Source: Octopus vulgaris (Eukaryota). From it: a DNA stretch of 64,000 bases. The stretch is taken from contig OX597814.1 of the NCBI GenBank assembly GCA_951406725.2, positions 31,062,001-31,126,000 of the forward strand, written 5' to 3'. The notes below the pieces were generated by a model. It searched no databases, was not told the DNA's origin, and saw nothing but the letters and a program-made list of their open reading frames with translations. Positions 13,766-26,731 of this stretch are shown one piece after another; the first letter of the stretch is position 1, and every line of letters begins with the position of its first letter. Made by a program: the position numbers and the translations under genes.

Positions 13766-14894
13766 AGCAACACCAGCATTAGTAGTGCTGGTAATGGTGT
13801 TGGTGGTGGTAATTGTAGTTCTGGTTGAAATTATTTTCAATTTAGAGACACGGCCTGGATTTTATGAGGAGAGTATTTGTCGGTTAAATGAATCGAATAT
13901 TTAAGTGGTACTTTATTTAATCGATTTCAGAAGCATGAAAAACGGATTTGATCTGCGTGGGATTTGAACTGAGAAATTTCGGGACATGCAATATAGAAAA
14001 GACAGTACTTCAACTACCATATTGCTTCTTTTAATCCTAGAAAAACGAAAATGCGATCGAACCCTTTGGGATTATACCTGAGATCTCAGAAAGTGAAAGC
14101 GAATTATAAAATCTTAGTTCTATGTCTTAGAATTTCTGTTAGTCTCTATTTCTCTCCATGTATGATGGGAAACTGGTTCGAAAACAAAAATGTATGGAAG
14201 ACCTATGAGAAAAAATAAAATGGAAACAACGGGAAATAGAAATCGGCTCCTAAACTTTACTGACTTGCAACTTAACTATCTACCTCACAACACTCAACCG
14301 CATACAACTAAAGTAATAACAGATAATATCAAAAGGCATATTAAAATATACGAATAAAAAAAATTGAAAATTTGACAAAATGCGTGTAAAAATGCTTATA
14401 ACTAAAAACTGAAATGATGATAGGGACATGATGGAAAAAAAATCCTAAAGTTTACATTTCTTTTCATGACAATGTTTTTTCGTTCAAAAATATTTGTGTT
14501 AAATATCTCATTTTCTACATTTATGTTCCCGCTTTTTTCTTAATGAAAAAAAAGAAGCAAAAAACAAAATAGGAAATAGAAAATGGAGAAAATTCGCAAA
14601 TTATCTATAGTTTCAGAAAGTATTCTGGCTTCAGTTTTCTTGTATAAATTTCATCTAAAGAAACCAAAAGACAACAAAACATATTCTGTTTAAATAGCTA
14701 TTGATGATAGGGAACGATAAATTGCATTCTTTCACTTTCCTTTACAATATACCTTAGGTTCTCAAACAATTCCCTGTCTAACATACGCAAACATCTATAG
14801 ATATACATACAAGCATACACACGCGTCACTTATACAAAACTGAATGGTGCCTAAATATTTATATTGTATATATACGTGTATATATAGACATACA

Positions 14895-14955
<61 letters not shown>

Positions 14956-15049
14956 ATACATGCATATATGTATATATATATACATTTATGTACATGTATA
15001 TATATATATAATGGTGCCTAAATATTTATTTGTATATATACGTATATAT

Positions 15050-15097
<48 letters not shown>

Positions 15098-15857
15098 ATA
15101 CATGCATATATGTATATATATATACATTTATGTACATGTGTATATATGTATATATATAGGGACATCTATACACAGATACATATATATACACATATAAATA
15201 CTTGTATATATATATATGCACAAGTAATGTTCGCAGCCATACACACAAACACACACATAGATAGATAGACAATTATAGCCATATACATACCTACATTATA
15301 TCAACATTTCTGTTCTCGTCGAACTCTTCATCTATCTACCTATATATATATACTTATGTGCGTATTATATACATATGTGTGTATGTATATATAAGCACTT
15401 TTATAAACGCAAGTATCAAAAGTTGATTTAAGAATTATTTGAAATATTCGAAATGCTTTGTGCATATCAATACACCTCATTTACACAAAGTCATAAAAAT
15501 ATGCGCACGCGCACTTACATACCCATGCGCATACATATAATTATGTGTTTAGATACATACATATAAGTATGTGTTTAGATGCATATAAACATATGCGTAT
15601 GTGTATATATATAAATTCAAAATTCGAACAAGTTATTATCTTTAAAAAGAAAATGATAAAGTGGCCAGCAAACATGACCAAATAGGCAAAATATATAAAA
15701 AAAGCCAGGTCACAATATGGATCCGTTTCCTAGAAACAAGGGTTAAAACGCTCCTAAGTCACGCATCTCGCACAATATACGCACGGAGAATGTAACAAAT
15801 ATACTAAAAAAAATAGTGATAAATGCATGGCTTTGGAGTGTCCTAACTCTTCCTTCT

Positions 15858-16090
15858 TATTTCTTTATTGCCAACAAGGGGCTAAACATAGAGGGGACAA
15901 ACAAGGACAGACAAAGGGGTTAAGTCGATTAAATCGACCCTAGTGCGTAAACTGGTACTAAATTTATAGACCCCGAAAGGATGAAAGGCAAAGTCGACCT
16001 CGGAGGAATTTGAACTCAGAACGTAACGGCAGACAAAGTACCGCTAAGCATTTCTCCCGGCGTGCTAACGTTATTGCCAGCTCGCCGCCT
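15858..16090 (-). mobile_element. Intact family B SINE with 14-bp TSD
   Basis: taactcttccttct at 15844-15857 and 16091-16104. Confidence 0.95.
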
Positions 16091-16222
16091 TAACTCTTCC
16101 TTCTAGCAAACAGGTTCATATTATACCCTGACTTTTAATATATACTTTGCTTATTTGGTATGTTTGCTGGCCACTTTATATTTTTTTTAAAGATAATTTC
16201 CCATACTCCATTCCGTAACTCT

Positions 16223-16270
<48 letters not shown>

Positions 16271-16275
<5 letters not shown>

Positions 16276-16495
16276 ATTGGCAGGGAAAGACTGCTAGGTA
16301 GTCGGCCGTATGCTAGAAATAGATCATCAACGATCAAATAATTCTGTTTTTTATATAAATTTTCATCTGTCCTGCCCGCCAAATTTGGTTCTGGTGTTCG
16401 CTGAATTTTTTCCTCTAGAGAATTTTCTTTGTAGTTTGATCGTTGATGATCTATTTCTAGCATACGGCCTAGCAGTCTTGCCCTGCCAATATACA
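16271..16495. repeat. Inverted repeat, ~61-68-bp arms
   Basis: 16271-16338 versus 16435-16495 (ggccgtatgctagaaatagatcatcaacgatcaaa / tttgatcgttgatgatctatttctagcatacggcc). Confidence 0.93.
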
Positions 16496-16699
16496 CATAT
16501 ATTAGAATGTTCTCTGACTTCTCAGATTTTTTGTATGCTAGACTACTGGTTTTAAATTGATATTAAAATTAATATTAATTTATCTCCCTCATTATTTATA
16601 TATATACACATTTAGAAGGTTGAAAAGGAACACAAGAGTTGATGTATATGGAAAAATGTCACGGTAGAAAATGTTAAAATAATTTTATGAAAAACATTT

Positions 16700-16735
16700 C
16701 AGTACCAGTTTCAGCCATTGAGACTTTTTCAACTG
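16700..16735 (-). ncRNA. Minimal type I hammerhead motif, U3-A8 variant
   Basis: Minus strand: cag-TTGAAAA-agtc-tcaat-ggct-GAAA-ctgg-TA-ctg; ~90-nt tail ending at a TA-rich tract near 16600. Confidence 0.62.
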
Positions 16736-16810
16736 TAAGTATGGAAAACAAGTAAATTTGGGAAAAATTAAAAGAAAAGTTTTTAAAAAGAATATTTGCA
16801 TAGTATTCAA

Positions 16811-16980
16811 ATATAAGGGGCATTTTCCTTGTTTCTGCCTGTGTCTGTCTCTCTTGTTTACTCTTGTGAGAAATGCGTGGCTTTGGAGAGTCTTAACTCT
16901 TCCTTCTAGCAAACAGGTTCATATTAAGAGTAAACAAGAGAGACAGAAACAGGCAGAAACAAGGCAAAGGCCCCTTGTAT
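16811..16980. repeat. Inverted repeat, 55-bp arms, loop copied from the 15821-16123 locus
   Basis: 16811-16865 versus 16926-16980; the loop aaatgcgtggctttggagagtcttaactcttccttctagcaaacaggttcatatt matches the pre-SINE sequence at 15821. Confidence 0.92.
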
Positions 16981-18541
16981 CTCTTCTAGCATTATCTATT
17001 ACCTCAAATTTTGCAATTCTTTATATGTTGATGAGTCTTAGCGTCTACGCTATATCCGCCTCCAAAAATATACCACCGTCATCTGTCATTTTCGTACTTA
17101 CAACCACTCCGCTGAACATCTCACTGTCTTCGACTTGACCTTGCACCACAAGACTTCGTCAATGCTACATCTCTCTTCGAAATCATGTATCGGTTGGACT
17201 TAACACCTCATTCTTGTAATAGTTTCACTTTCATTCTCCCTTTATTTTATTTTTTTACTTATTTTTCAATATATTTATTTTTCATCATAATTTCCTTTTA
17301 ATTTAATTAAAATTAATTATTTCTATTTTGTTACGTAATCTTTAAAATTTAATTTTTATTTAAAATCTTTTAAAATTCTTTTACTTTTTTATTCCTTTAC
17401 TTGTTTCAGTCATTTAGACTGCAGTCATGCTGGAGCACCGCCTTAAATCTTAAACATTTTTCTGTAATTTAATTTTTTGAATTAAAATGTAAGTTTTTCA
17501 ATTACCTTTTAAAATTAATTTTAAAATCATTTAAAAATTTTTCTTAAATTTTTTATATTTAAAATATTTCTTTCAATTTTAAACTTTAAATCTTTGCTAT
17601 TTAAAAAAAAGTTTATTTTTATAAATGAAAAAAAATATTGTTAGTTTGGCTTCCACACACTCATATACATAACGTACACCCCCACCACATACTACATACA
17701 CATCTACCGCATATACGCACACGTTTCTATATCCTAACTTGTACATTCTGGGCCCAAGGCAAGATAGTACATACAAGATTATGCCCTTACTGATGTTTAC
17801 TTGTCGGCACATCGAACCTCTCACCTTATTGAACCAACTATATATATTGTAATGGAAATAAATTTGTTCTTGTATGGAATAGTGCCGTGCCTCTGTGTGT
17901 GAGTTTTGAGTGGAATTTCACCGTATCTTTTATCCTCTATGTTTGTTTCAATTGGCAATGTTCTTTCCCCAGTCTATCACACTCACTCTTACTAAATTGG
18001 TTATTGGTGGCAGATGAAGGAAGTTTTTTCTATTGTTTTTTTTTTTCCAAATTCTTTTGACATTTTAAAAACTGTGATAACAGTATGTTTAAACATGGTG
18101 TACCCCAGGTGGACAGCAGTCACACGGGAGACAAGTATGATGACAAGTTAAGGTGAGGAGGATTTGGAAGTTAGACATTTATATTATAGCATGAAGATTT
18201 ACAAAAAAATACGCATTTAATATATCTTTTTCCTATATACACTTTTTTGCATAAAGTTTGTAGCCCCAATATTTATAAATTACGCGCAATTGTTCTGAAG
18301 GGAAAATTTGGCTGTTACAAGTAGACTGGGGAATGAATAAGTAAAAATCATCTCATTGACTTGCATACTTGACTCAATTAGACCTCTATGCCCGAGAGTT
18401 CCTATTTTTGATTTTAACCCAATTCAATTAATTTTCAATGTGCCATGGTGAAATATATTTATAATTCTATCTTTGTAGTTACAGCTCTGTTTTTCAGGTT
18501 TTGTTCCTCTTTTCTAACATTCATTTCTCACCATAAACTCA

Positions 18542-18745
18542 GTGAGCTGGCAAAATCGTTAGCACGTCAGGAAAAATGCTGAGGGCTATTTCGAATGTCT
18601 TCTCAGCTCAAATTCCGCTGAGGTAGACTTAGCTCTACTTCCTTGTGTAGTCGATAATATAAGTGCCAGTTGAACATTGAGATCGATGTAACTGACCTAC
18701 TCCTTCCCTCGAAATTGCTGGCCCGATGCCAAAATTTGAAGTCAA
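18542..18745 (+). mobile_element. Family B SINE (degenerate)
   Basis: gtgagctggcaaaatcgttagcacg head and ctcaaattccgctgaggtagac. Confidence 0.8.
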
Positions 18746-19835
18746 TATGAATTAATTTCTCACCAACACAAAAATAAAACAGAGATAACAAAATTATGCT
18801 CTCTTTCCCTTTCATTGCAATTTTTTTCTTAAGTTAATTTTCGACAAATATATTCCACTTCCTTCATTATTCCAATGCAATAATTACTTACTAACTCAAT
18901 TATTTTGGATAATTCGTTCGGTCAGTATTCGAAACCGCACAGTCTATAGAACAAATTCCATTTTTTAAATACTTTCCCTCTTACTCTCTACACGATTTTA
19001 ACTTTTCTTTCATTCCCTCTTTCTCACCGATATAATTACTTTCTTAGTTTTTGAATCTACTTATTCAATAATTAATTTAGTCATTTTCTCTCTCTCTCTC
19101 TGGCTCTCTCTCTCTCCTTTTTTTTGCCCCATGACATATAGTCAACATCTATATTTACATCATTCAATTTCTGTATTTTACTTTAATTTCGCTTTGTCCC
19201 TCCACCTTCCTGTTTTCCGAAGCATTTACTTATGTTTATTTACATTTGTCTTTTTGCATACTCCATCGCTATCGTTTCATCGGGAGGATTTTTTTTTATT
19301 TTACAGATATTATTTTGTGGTATTTATATCTCTGTACTTTTCTAAGCCAAATGAACTGAATGTTTAGTAAACTTAGTTGGAAATGACGACATCTCTATCT
19401 TATTTTACTTTTCTTACTATGCCATACCCTTCCTTTCTCTCATTCTCTTTTCGATTCTCTCTCTAAATGTTGAAAGTAATTATTTCCATCATATATTATA
19501 AATGAACTGATTGATGTTTAACTTTTGTAATTAAAAACTTGCGTGGTTTGTTTTCTTTTCCTTCACCCATTTAGGAACGCTACCAGAAGATAAAACAAAT
19601 ATTGCCCCAGAACGTATTTAGAACTAAAGTTTAAAAACTGTTCATTTAGATGAAAATTAACTAGAAAAATCAACACCCTTAATAGTATCATACCTGCAAG
19701 ACATTGTCTTATCATTTTTTTCTTTTTTCGTTAAAGTTTCAAATCTATCATGTCGGATATGACTGAATATCTTTTGCGAATTTCACCAAGTGAATATTAA
19801 TTCTCTTCTTAGGCCAGTTTTTTTTCTCAGATAAA
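18745..19835. repeat. Paralogous ~1.1-kb block, copy 1 (copy 2 at 50395-51475)
   Basis: Colinear non-TE similarity, e.g. cattccctctttctcaccgatataattactttcttag and atcatgtcggatatgactgaatatcttttgcgaatttc in both copies. Confidence 0.92.
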
Positions 19836-21305
19836 CAAAACGAGGTTGCGTGACATTCATGTTTGTCTCAAACAATCCAGTAACGAGTGAGAAGTTAATT
19901 TGTTCTAAAATTCTAAATGCTAGACGATAACTCGACTCACTTTGCAACTCTTTAATGATACCACATATTTCACTTGAATATTTGTTTCTGTTGACGATGT
20001 TAAATACCTTTACATTTCTGAAGGAACAAGAACTGGATGATGTAATATACATTCCTTCCCGAAAGAAGTATTTAGATTAATAAGAAAAGCAGTCAAAGAC
20101 ATCTTTGTTCTATACTGGAGTATCTTATGGAAGCTTTTAATTTTTGCTCCAGCAGAATAGCGATGTCTAAGTATCATATAATTGCTAACCAAGCGTGACG
20201 TCCTATACTGGATATTGTTACTGGCGTTTATAGCTTCAAGAACACATTTTTTCTAGCTGGCTAACGATACACATTCTGTGTTCGATTAGTATATAACTCC
20301 ACTGAATAGGGCAACTTAGACACAGATAAACGTCATGGTTTGTATGATTTGGGGGTCTCGAGCAACATAAATCGCTGTTTTCTGTCTGTAATAGAATGCA
20401 TGGGACATCAAAGAGTTAAAACATGTTTGCAGTTAATAACTGATAAAATTAGGTGTCACTTACGTTTCTTGCTGGCTTGTAAAAACATTCCTTTACTTTG
20501 AATATGAGCATTTGTTCCGTCAACTTAGATGTCAAGAAGGACCAACTGTACAATTTTAAAAAGTCTCAAGGCATGATAGAAGTATTTGAAATTCGAGAAC
20601 AGTACCTTATGGCCCCTCAGCTTTTCCTTGAGTTACATTTGATACAATGACGCATATGTAGCAATCATGATGTTTTCACATTTCAGATAGTCCGTGAAAC
20701 AATTGTTCAATTTCCTATAATGCATCAAACAGTAGCCGACATAACATGCATAGACTGACCGTATCAAAGATCTTGGAAAAATCCTGCATAGAAATTCGTT
20801 TTGCTGTATTTTAATGTACAAATCACATTTGATTTCAGCTATACAACACTTTGGAAAACGTTAAACAAGAATGTGCAAACCACAATGTGGTCACTTCATT
20901 GGAATACCTACTCATTGATACTGTGTCCCTCAGGTATCATTTTATAAGTATACTCTAATATTTAGAGATATTTGAAATTTCACACTGCAACATTAATCCG
21001 GATTTGGAGGAGATTGAAACGGCTCTTACAAAAGCAATTGATTAAAAAATAATTTCGGATTAATATAAATGTTTAACATTTAATAGCTGCATGAATACGA
21101 TAGTGATACAATATATTAAAAGTATAATACAAAGAGCTGCTCTAAAGGCCATGTCAGAACATCATCTTTTAAAAGATTACCAATGTTAACGTGATAATGA
21201 ACAAATATATAATTTTAAGATCAACAACAGCCGAATTTGAATATCTAAGACAAACTGTAGAAAATGCGCTCTATGATAACAAGATGGATGACAAATGACA
21301 AAATA

Positions 21306-21592
21306 TACATTGTCTGATCAATAAGTATCCGGACTGTTGCCATTGTAACGAAACTAAAACATGCAAACTGAAGTCTCTCAGCATAGATTGACCTTGAACT
21401 GTGCTCTGCATGAGCACTGAAATTTAACATTCTAGCTCACTTCCGCTGTTTACAGCAGTGCTTAAAAGGAACATGTGTAGCGTGTGATCATCGCATTGAC
21501 CATGATAGAGAACGTTGAGCAGAGAGTCTGCATCACATTTTACCAAAAGTTTGGCGATACCTGCTCAGAAGCCTACACAAAATTTTCAAAAC
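21306..21592 (+). mobile_element. Mariner transposon 5' fragment
   Basis: TA followed by TIR-like cattgtctgatcaataagtatccggactg; MIENVEQRVCITFYQKFGDTCSEAY matches the mariner N-terminal HTH (EQRxCIKF..KLG). Confidence 0.8.
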
Positions 21593-21999
21593 ATTTTCAT
21601 CGTTCTGTGCACAATCAAGATCTTGTGCAACTGAAAACTGAGTACCCTTTTGGACGGGTGGAAGTAGTTTTTGACTCAAACTTGGCAGACAAGCGTCTCG
21701 TACCCAAAACTTCAGTGATAATGGACTGAACTGAAACGAAACTAATCTTAGCTAACATTGAGAAGTGGATCATTGGAGTTTGAAAGTAAAGCATGGAAAA
21801 CAATTAAATTGTGGAAAAGTTAAATGAAATGATTTTTTTAAATATCTCCATAGTTTTCAAATGCAAATGGCATTTTCCGTTTTTCTCTCTGTCTTTATCT
21901 CTCTTTTACTCGCGTGAATTCTAGCTGGTAGTGGTATTTAATATAAATTCGTGTTTTTGATTGTTTAAGCAACAGTAGTAATTGAGAAAGGAGGCAGCA

Positions 22000-22055
22000 A
22001 AGAAGAAGAAGAAGAAGAAGAAGAAGAAGAAGAAGAAGAAGAAGAAGAAGAAGAA
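22000..22055. repeat. (AAG)n repeat
   Basis: Directly visible. Confidence 0.97.
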
Positions 22056-22269
22056 AGAAAAATGCGGAAGTGGTACGACAGTAGCAGAAGGTTGGTGGAA
22101 TCCTCTTAAATGGTCAAGTGATATAAAAGTGAACCGTTGTGATTGTAATAGTAGTGATTGGAATTGTTCTAAATAATTTCATGAATAGTGACTGTACTGA
22201 ATATATATCGTTTTTAATATTTGCGTGGATATTATTCTAAGGCCCTTGTAATAGTGTCATTTGTGGTGG

Positions 22270-23905
22270 ACGCATTCAAAAGGGGTTTCTATTTTGGGAT
22301 AAAGTATGACTCTTTACTAATGCGTTAACACTAGGTTGCATCGTCCTTGAATTGATAGGGGGGAAATTCTGAAGCTGGGTTCGCAAATGTCGATGAGTTC
22401 GCTGAATGCTATTTTTTTTTCTGTATGATCCGAATTTTGATCTGGAATCTATGCAGAACCATCCTTTGACGTAGACTGTTTTTGGTTTGGCCTATGTATT
22501 GCTCTTGACACCGAAAGCATTTTAGTGTGTATATCAGGTTCTCCGAAGCACATGTTAAGCTGCTTTTGACTGTGAAACGTTGTCTCTGTTTGAAGGAGAA
22601 CTCTGATCCCTCAATTAAATTGACGCATATCCCACATTTGGGGCTTCCGCATTTTTTTACTGACGGCTTCAGTGTTGTCGAGTGTATTCGAGCTTGTGTT
22701 AGGAGACTTTTCATAGATTTGGGCTATCTTTTGCTCTTTATGATGGTGTGCATTTCGAGGATTAAATTCGTTCTGTGGTTCCTTTTTTGTAGGGTAATGT
22801 TCTGGAGGATGGTGTCGAAGGCTTCATTGTGAAGAGGGTTGTTTGTGGAAATGTATGGTAGGGCTTTTGGTTGTAAATCCTTCTTCAATTTGGGATGTCT
22901 GAGTTCGTGGTAGTTGAACTGTAGGACACGTAGAAAGCATATATCAGTTAGTGATGATGGGTAGTTCCTGGTGATGAGTGTATCTTTTAGTTCATATAGT
23001 CGTGTGTCCCTGGTGCTTGTATTAGAAAGTATAGTACAGATCCTTTTTGCCAGGTTGAAAGGCATATTCATTCTGGTGTATCTGGGATGGCAGGAGTTGA
23101 ACGGTAAATATTGCTTGGAGTCCGTGGGCTTATAGTATATATCTGTTTCTATTTCGTTGTTAGATTTCTTAATGAGGATGTTGAGAAATGGAAGGTTTAA
23201 CATGAATTTTAGATTTCTCATTATTTTCTGCTGACTGTAGTGTTGGCCCTTTTAATAATATGTTCTGTCTTCTAATATGGATAGTACAAGAGTTATATAG
23301 TATACCGTGTCCATTAAGACAACTGCACTCCCTTTATCATCCTTTTGATTGTTAATGTTTTGTCTTCTTTTAATTTGTTCAGCTCAGCCCATTCTTTTTT
23401 ACTGAAGTTTGGCCTGTGTTTTTGTTTGTGTATATGTTGATATGGGTAATTCGAGATGTCTTCACAGAAATGATCAAGAGTTTTGTTCTTACTTTTGAAG
23501 GGGTGTAGTTACTCCTATTTCGGACTAACGATTCATCCTCGTATTTGTCGTATAGCTCCTCAGCGAGTTGTAATTTTCTACAGAATTCCGCGACGTCTTC
23601 TTTCATTTCGTTGTAATTGAGGCGTTGGGGATGGGTGTAAGCTTGAGCCCTCTGGAAAGTACGTTGATTTGGGTTGCTTTCTAGGTCTCTGCGAGTTAGA
23701 TTGATGATTTTTATCACTTTGGCTCCTCCTGTCTGTTTGGTGCTATCTCGTGTCTCTGTGTTTGCGTATTGGCTTTAAAAACTGATTGAGGTATTTGGGA
23801 CAGTAGCTGTTTTGTTGTTGTTCCTTGTTGTTGTGGAGTGCCCTGTTGTGATGTATGGTGCTTGTTCTTGAAAAGGGTATTGAAAGGTGTGTTCCTATAT
23901 CCCAT
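22270..23905 (-). pseudogene. Penelope-like element (PLE) remnant: N-terminal region, RT thumb and GIY-YIG; RT core deleted
   Basis: DKGSAVVLMD (PLE/TERT-like N-terminal motif); LPFLNILIKK...TDIYYKPTDSKQYLPFNSCHP (RT C-terminus/thumb); CGSPKCGIC...CASENLIYTLKCFRCQEQYIGQTKNSLRQRMVLH (GIY-YIG); several frameshifts. Confidence 0.9.
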
Positions 23906-24528
23906 GTTCGGATGTGGTGCTTATATGAATCGGTACAATATTGAAAAATATATTATATATTCTCAGTAAGGTTCGTTCTGGCAAAATCGCTTTTTAAATG
24001 AGTTGTTTTCTAATTATAATTCTTTCTAGTATAGGCACAAGGTCTGACATTTTAGGGGAAGGGTCTAGTCGGTGATATCGAGCCCAGTATTCAAGTGTTT
24101 CTTATATTATCGTTCCCCGAAAGAATGTAATGTAAAGTTGATCTTGGCGGGATTTGAACTCAGAAGGTAAGGACGAATGAAATGCCGCTAAGCCTCTCGT
24201 CGGTTCGAGCTATCGCGTCTTCCAAATTGATACCTTGTTCTCTCGTTATAATGTGAGGGAATTACTTTACTTCCTCGTTAAAGTATCCGGTCTATTACTG
24301 AAATGTATATACTGTAGCAATGGAAATACGTGATACACACAGGCAGAACATTTCAATCCATTTACTCATTTGGAGAATATTTTTCCCGTTTGGTCTTATG
24401 GTAGAGGATGGCTGAAATAAATTCCCTCACTAAGCCAAAATAATATATTTTAATATTTCTTTAATTCTTTCTGTATATTTTTGTATTTAATTCTTTTGAT
24501 TGCTTTAGTCTTCCCGACAAAGGCTTTG

Positions 24529-24570
24529 CTGGAGCCTCACTTCAAGCATATATTTGAAGTGAGGCTCCAG
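24529..24570. repeat. Perfect 17-bp hairpin (duplicated at 29091-29132)
   Basis: ctggagcctcacttcaa-gcatatat-ttgaagtgaggctccag. Confidence 0.95.
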
Positions 24571-25359
24571 AACTTTATTTAAAAGCCAATCATATCATTA
24601 CATGCTTTCATCAAGTATACAAAATACACTCATCAACTAAGGTAACTTATGTTGAAATTTTAAAATTAATTAAATAATTAATTTAATATTAAAGGAAAAT
24701 CACATGCTTAAGCAAATTATAGATGCTGACAATGGCTTCAAGAAAGAATGTTATAAAAGATGCAGTAAAAGATAAACCCATATCTCCAAGTTGATGCGTT
24801 GATGCAGTAACAACTGTGCGATTAATATCGATGGAATGTCAGTGGACATTGTAGCTTAAAGCACACCACATAATATGCTTGTCAAAATATATTTCATGGT
24901 CGTGTACTTTTAGCATAAGTCTTGCTTGAGAGGGAAATCTTAACACCAATTACTTATTGGGTGACACTATTGTATTGCACAGATTAATGAACTGTTGATC
25001 AACAGGACGTTGCAACAACAGTAAACATGCAAATCTGTAAAAGCCTAAACAAAATCTTTTTCACTACTTAATTATATGCTTTTATGTTGTAGTCTGTAAA
25101 ATGCAAGGGGCAATTTAAACAACAGCATCTTTCATCAAAATGCTTTTCTTTTGTCAAAGTTTGAATCACAGGTGTTTGGATATATATATATATAAGTCAT
25201 TCTATACAAAATGGCTACAAACATAATAAATGTATATGTACGTGTGTGTATGTGTGTGTGCGTTTATTACACACACACACACACACACATCTTAAGATAG
25301 CAAGCTAGCAGAATCATTAGCATGCCGGGCAAAATGTTAGCTGTGGTATTTTTCCTCGA

Positions 25360-25947
25360 CAGAAATTTACTCAGGGAAGGACCGGTGCGCACCATCTGTA
25401 TGTTGAGTCTAGCATTGTCGGGTGCACACTAACCAGCTGTCCTATCAACAACATTAAAACGTGTTCTAGGGCCTATGTGGTATATGAAATAGTCTGCAGT
25501 AAATGTTGGGCATACTACATAGAGGGCACCAGCAGAAAATTGCACAACCGTATAAAAGAACACATGCGCACGGTCATTTCAATAATGAATCTCCTAAAGA
25601 AATGCTAAACCTAGAATTTTAAAGGTTTCACCAGAGCAACCCTACGCAACAGGGGCGATCTCAGAATCATGGAGGTCCTCTTTAAAAATAGAGGCCAGCC
25701 ACTCACAACAGGAAGGAACTACACAATGCAGACTGGTTGCTATAGCAACACCAGTCTGCGCATGTCACCCTCCTCCTTCCTCCCCCACTCATCTGAGCAA
25801 CGACTTTTCGAACTATCGCTTTTCCTAAATATCCTTAAGAAGGAGTCATTAACCGAAGTTTAAGCAAATTTATTTTGCTTTCTTTTCCTTTTATAGTTTA
25901 ATTTCTACCTTCTCGCATTGTTCCAGCCTTACACAACAAATCTCTTT

Positions 25948-25950
<3 letters not shown>
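25360..25950 (+). pseudogene. PLE 3' fragment, GIY-YIG endonuclease (duplicated at ~29921-30511)
   Basis: Frame from 25423: CTLTSCPINNIKTCSRAYVVYEIVCSKCWAYYIEGTSRKLHNRIKEHM (VVY...YIG..R.L..R..EH pattern); ends at (TA)n. Confidence 0.82.
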
Positions 25951-26021
<71 letters not shown>

Positions 26022-26025
<4 letters not shown>

Positions 26026-26208
26026 AGAATTCACGAAAAACACAAAAGACGAAGACTGGTGATGTAGAAAACAAACAGATGTATTAGTATAACGCTCGGA
26101 AATTGAAAAGAGTCTTTAACGTTTCGAGCCTACGCTCTTCCACATAAAGGAACACAGAAAGAAACAAGGAGATAAAAAAATGTGTGTAGTGGCTACCGAT
26201 CTATCATA
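26022..26208 (-). mobile_element. Short PLE-terminus-like element with degenerate hammerhead at 26114-26149 (copies at ~30541-30725 and 63818-64000)
   Basis: Minus strand: cttt-ATGTGGA-a-gagc-gtag-gctc-GAAA-cg-TT-aaag; the end abuts a long (TA)n. Confidence 0.7.
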
Positions 26209-26249
26209 TATAAGTGAGTTAAGTTAGAGGTTATAACAACCGTCTAAGC

Positions 26250-26731
26250 CAGGGATGGGGAAACCACTGCGAACCCTTTTTATTTTGCCCGCAGGCTGAT
26301 ATACTCACATGTACAAAATATAGTAAATTTTTCAATCATATAATTTACGCAATATTAGTATACCTATTTGCGACATAGATCGCGCTTCCACAACTGCTTA
26401 AAAGGCTCAGACCCGAACAGAAATCGTCCGATAATAACCATTTGAATAGAAATTTTGTTTTCATTATGAAACGCATATTGTTAGATTTTGCCACCCCTTG
26501 AGATACAACTACACTAGCTGAAAAGCAATGAATACCTCATAGGTAATATAAATGTTCTAAATTCAGTGGCGGAGTTAATGAAGATGTAACGCGTTAATTT
26601 AATGTGTTAAACTTATCTTTATTAATGTATATCGAATTATATAAGATATATACAAGGTTTACAGAGATCCGTCAGCGGGCCCTTTTCTTAGAAAACGTTT
26701 GCCCACCGCACTGAAAAGTTTCCCACCCCTG
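26250..26731. mobile_element. hAT (Buster-type) non-autonomous element (duplicated at 30769-31251)
   Basis: TIRs cagggatggggaaac / gtttcccacccctg; imperfect 8-bp TSD gtcTAagc / gtcTAtgg with central TA. Confidence 0.75.

Noticed and set aside
14844-15145. ~167-bp tandem duplication that could suggest a spacer-repeat array
   Set aside because: Two-copy slippage duplication within a microsatellite field; no CRISPR-like array exists anywhere in this eukaryotic window.
19575-19621. Plus-strand terminal-exon candidate (G)TLPEDKTNIAPERI*, also at 51219-51265 as ...APEHN*
   Set aside because: The acceptor is plausible, but 2 of 3 differences are non-synonymous and conservation is not clearly above the surrounding duplicated block; no upstream exon found.
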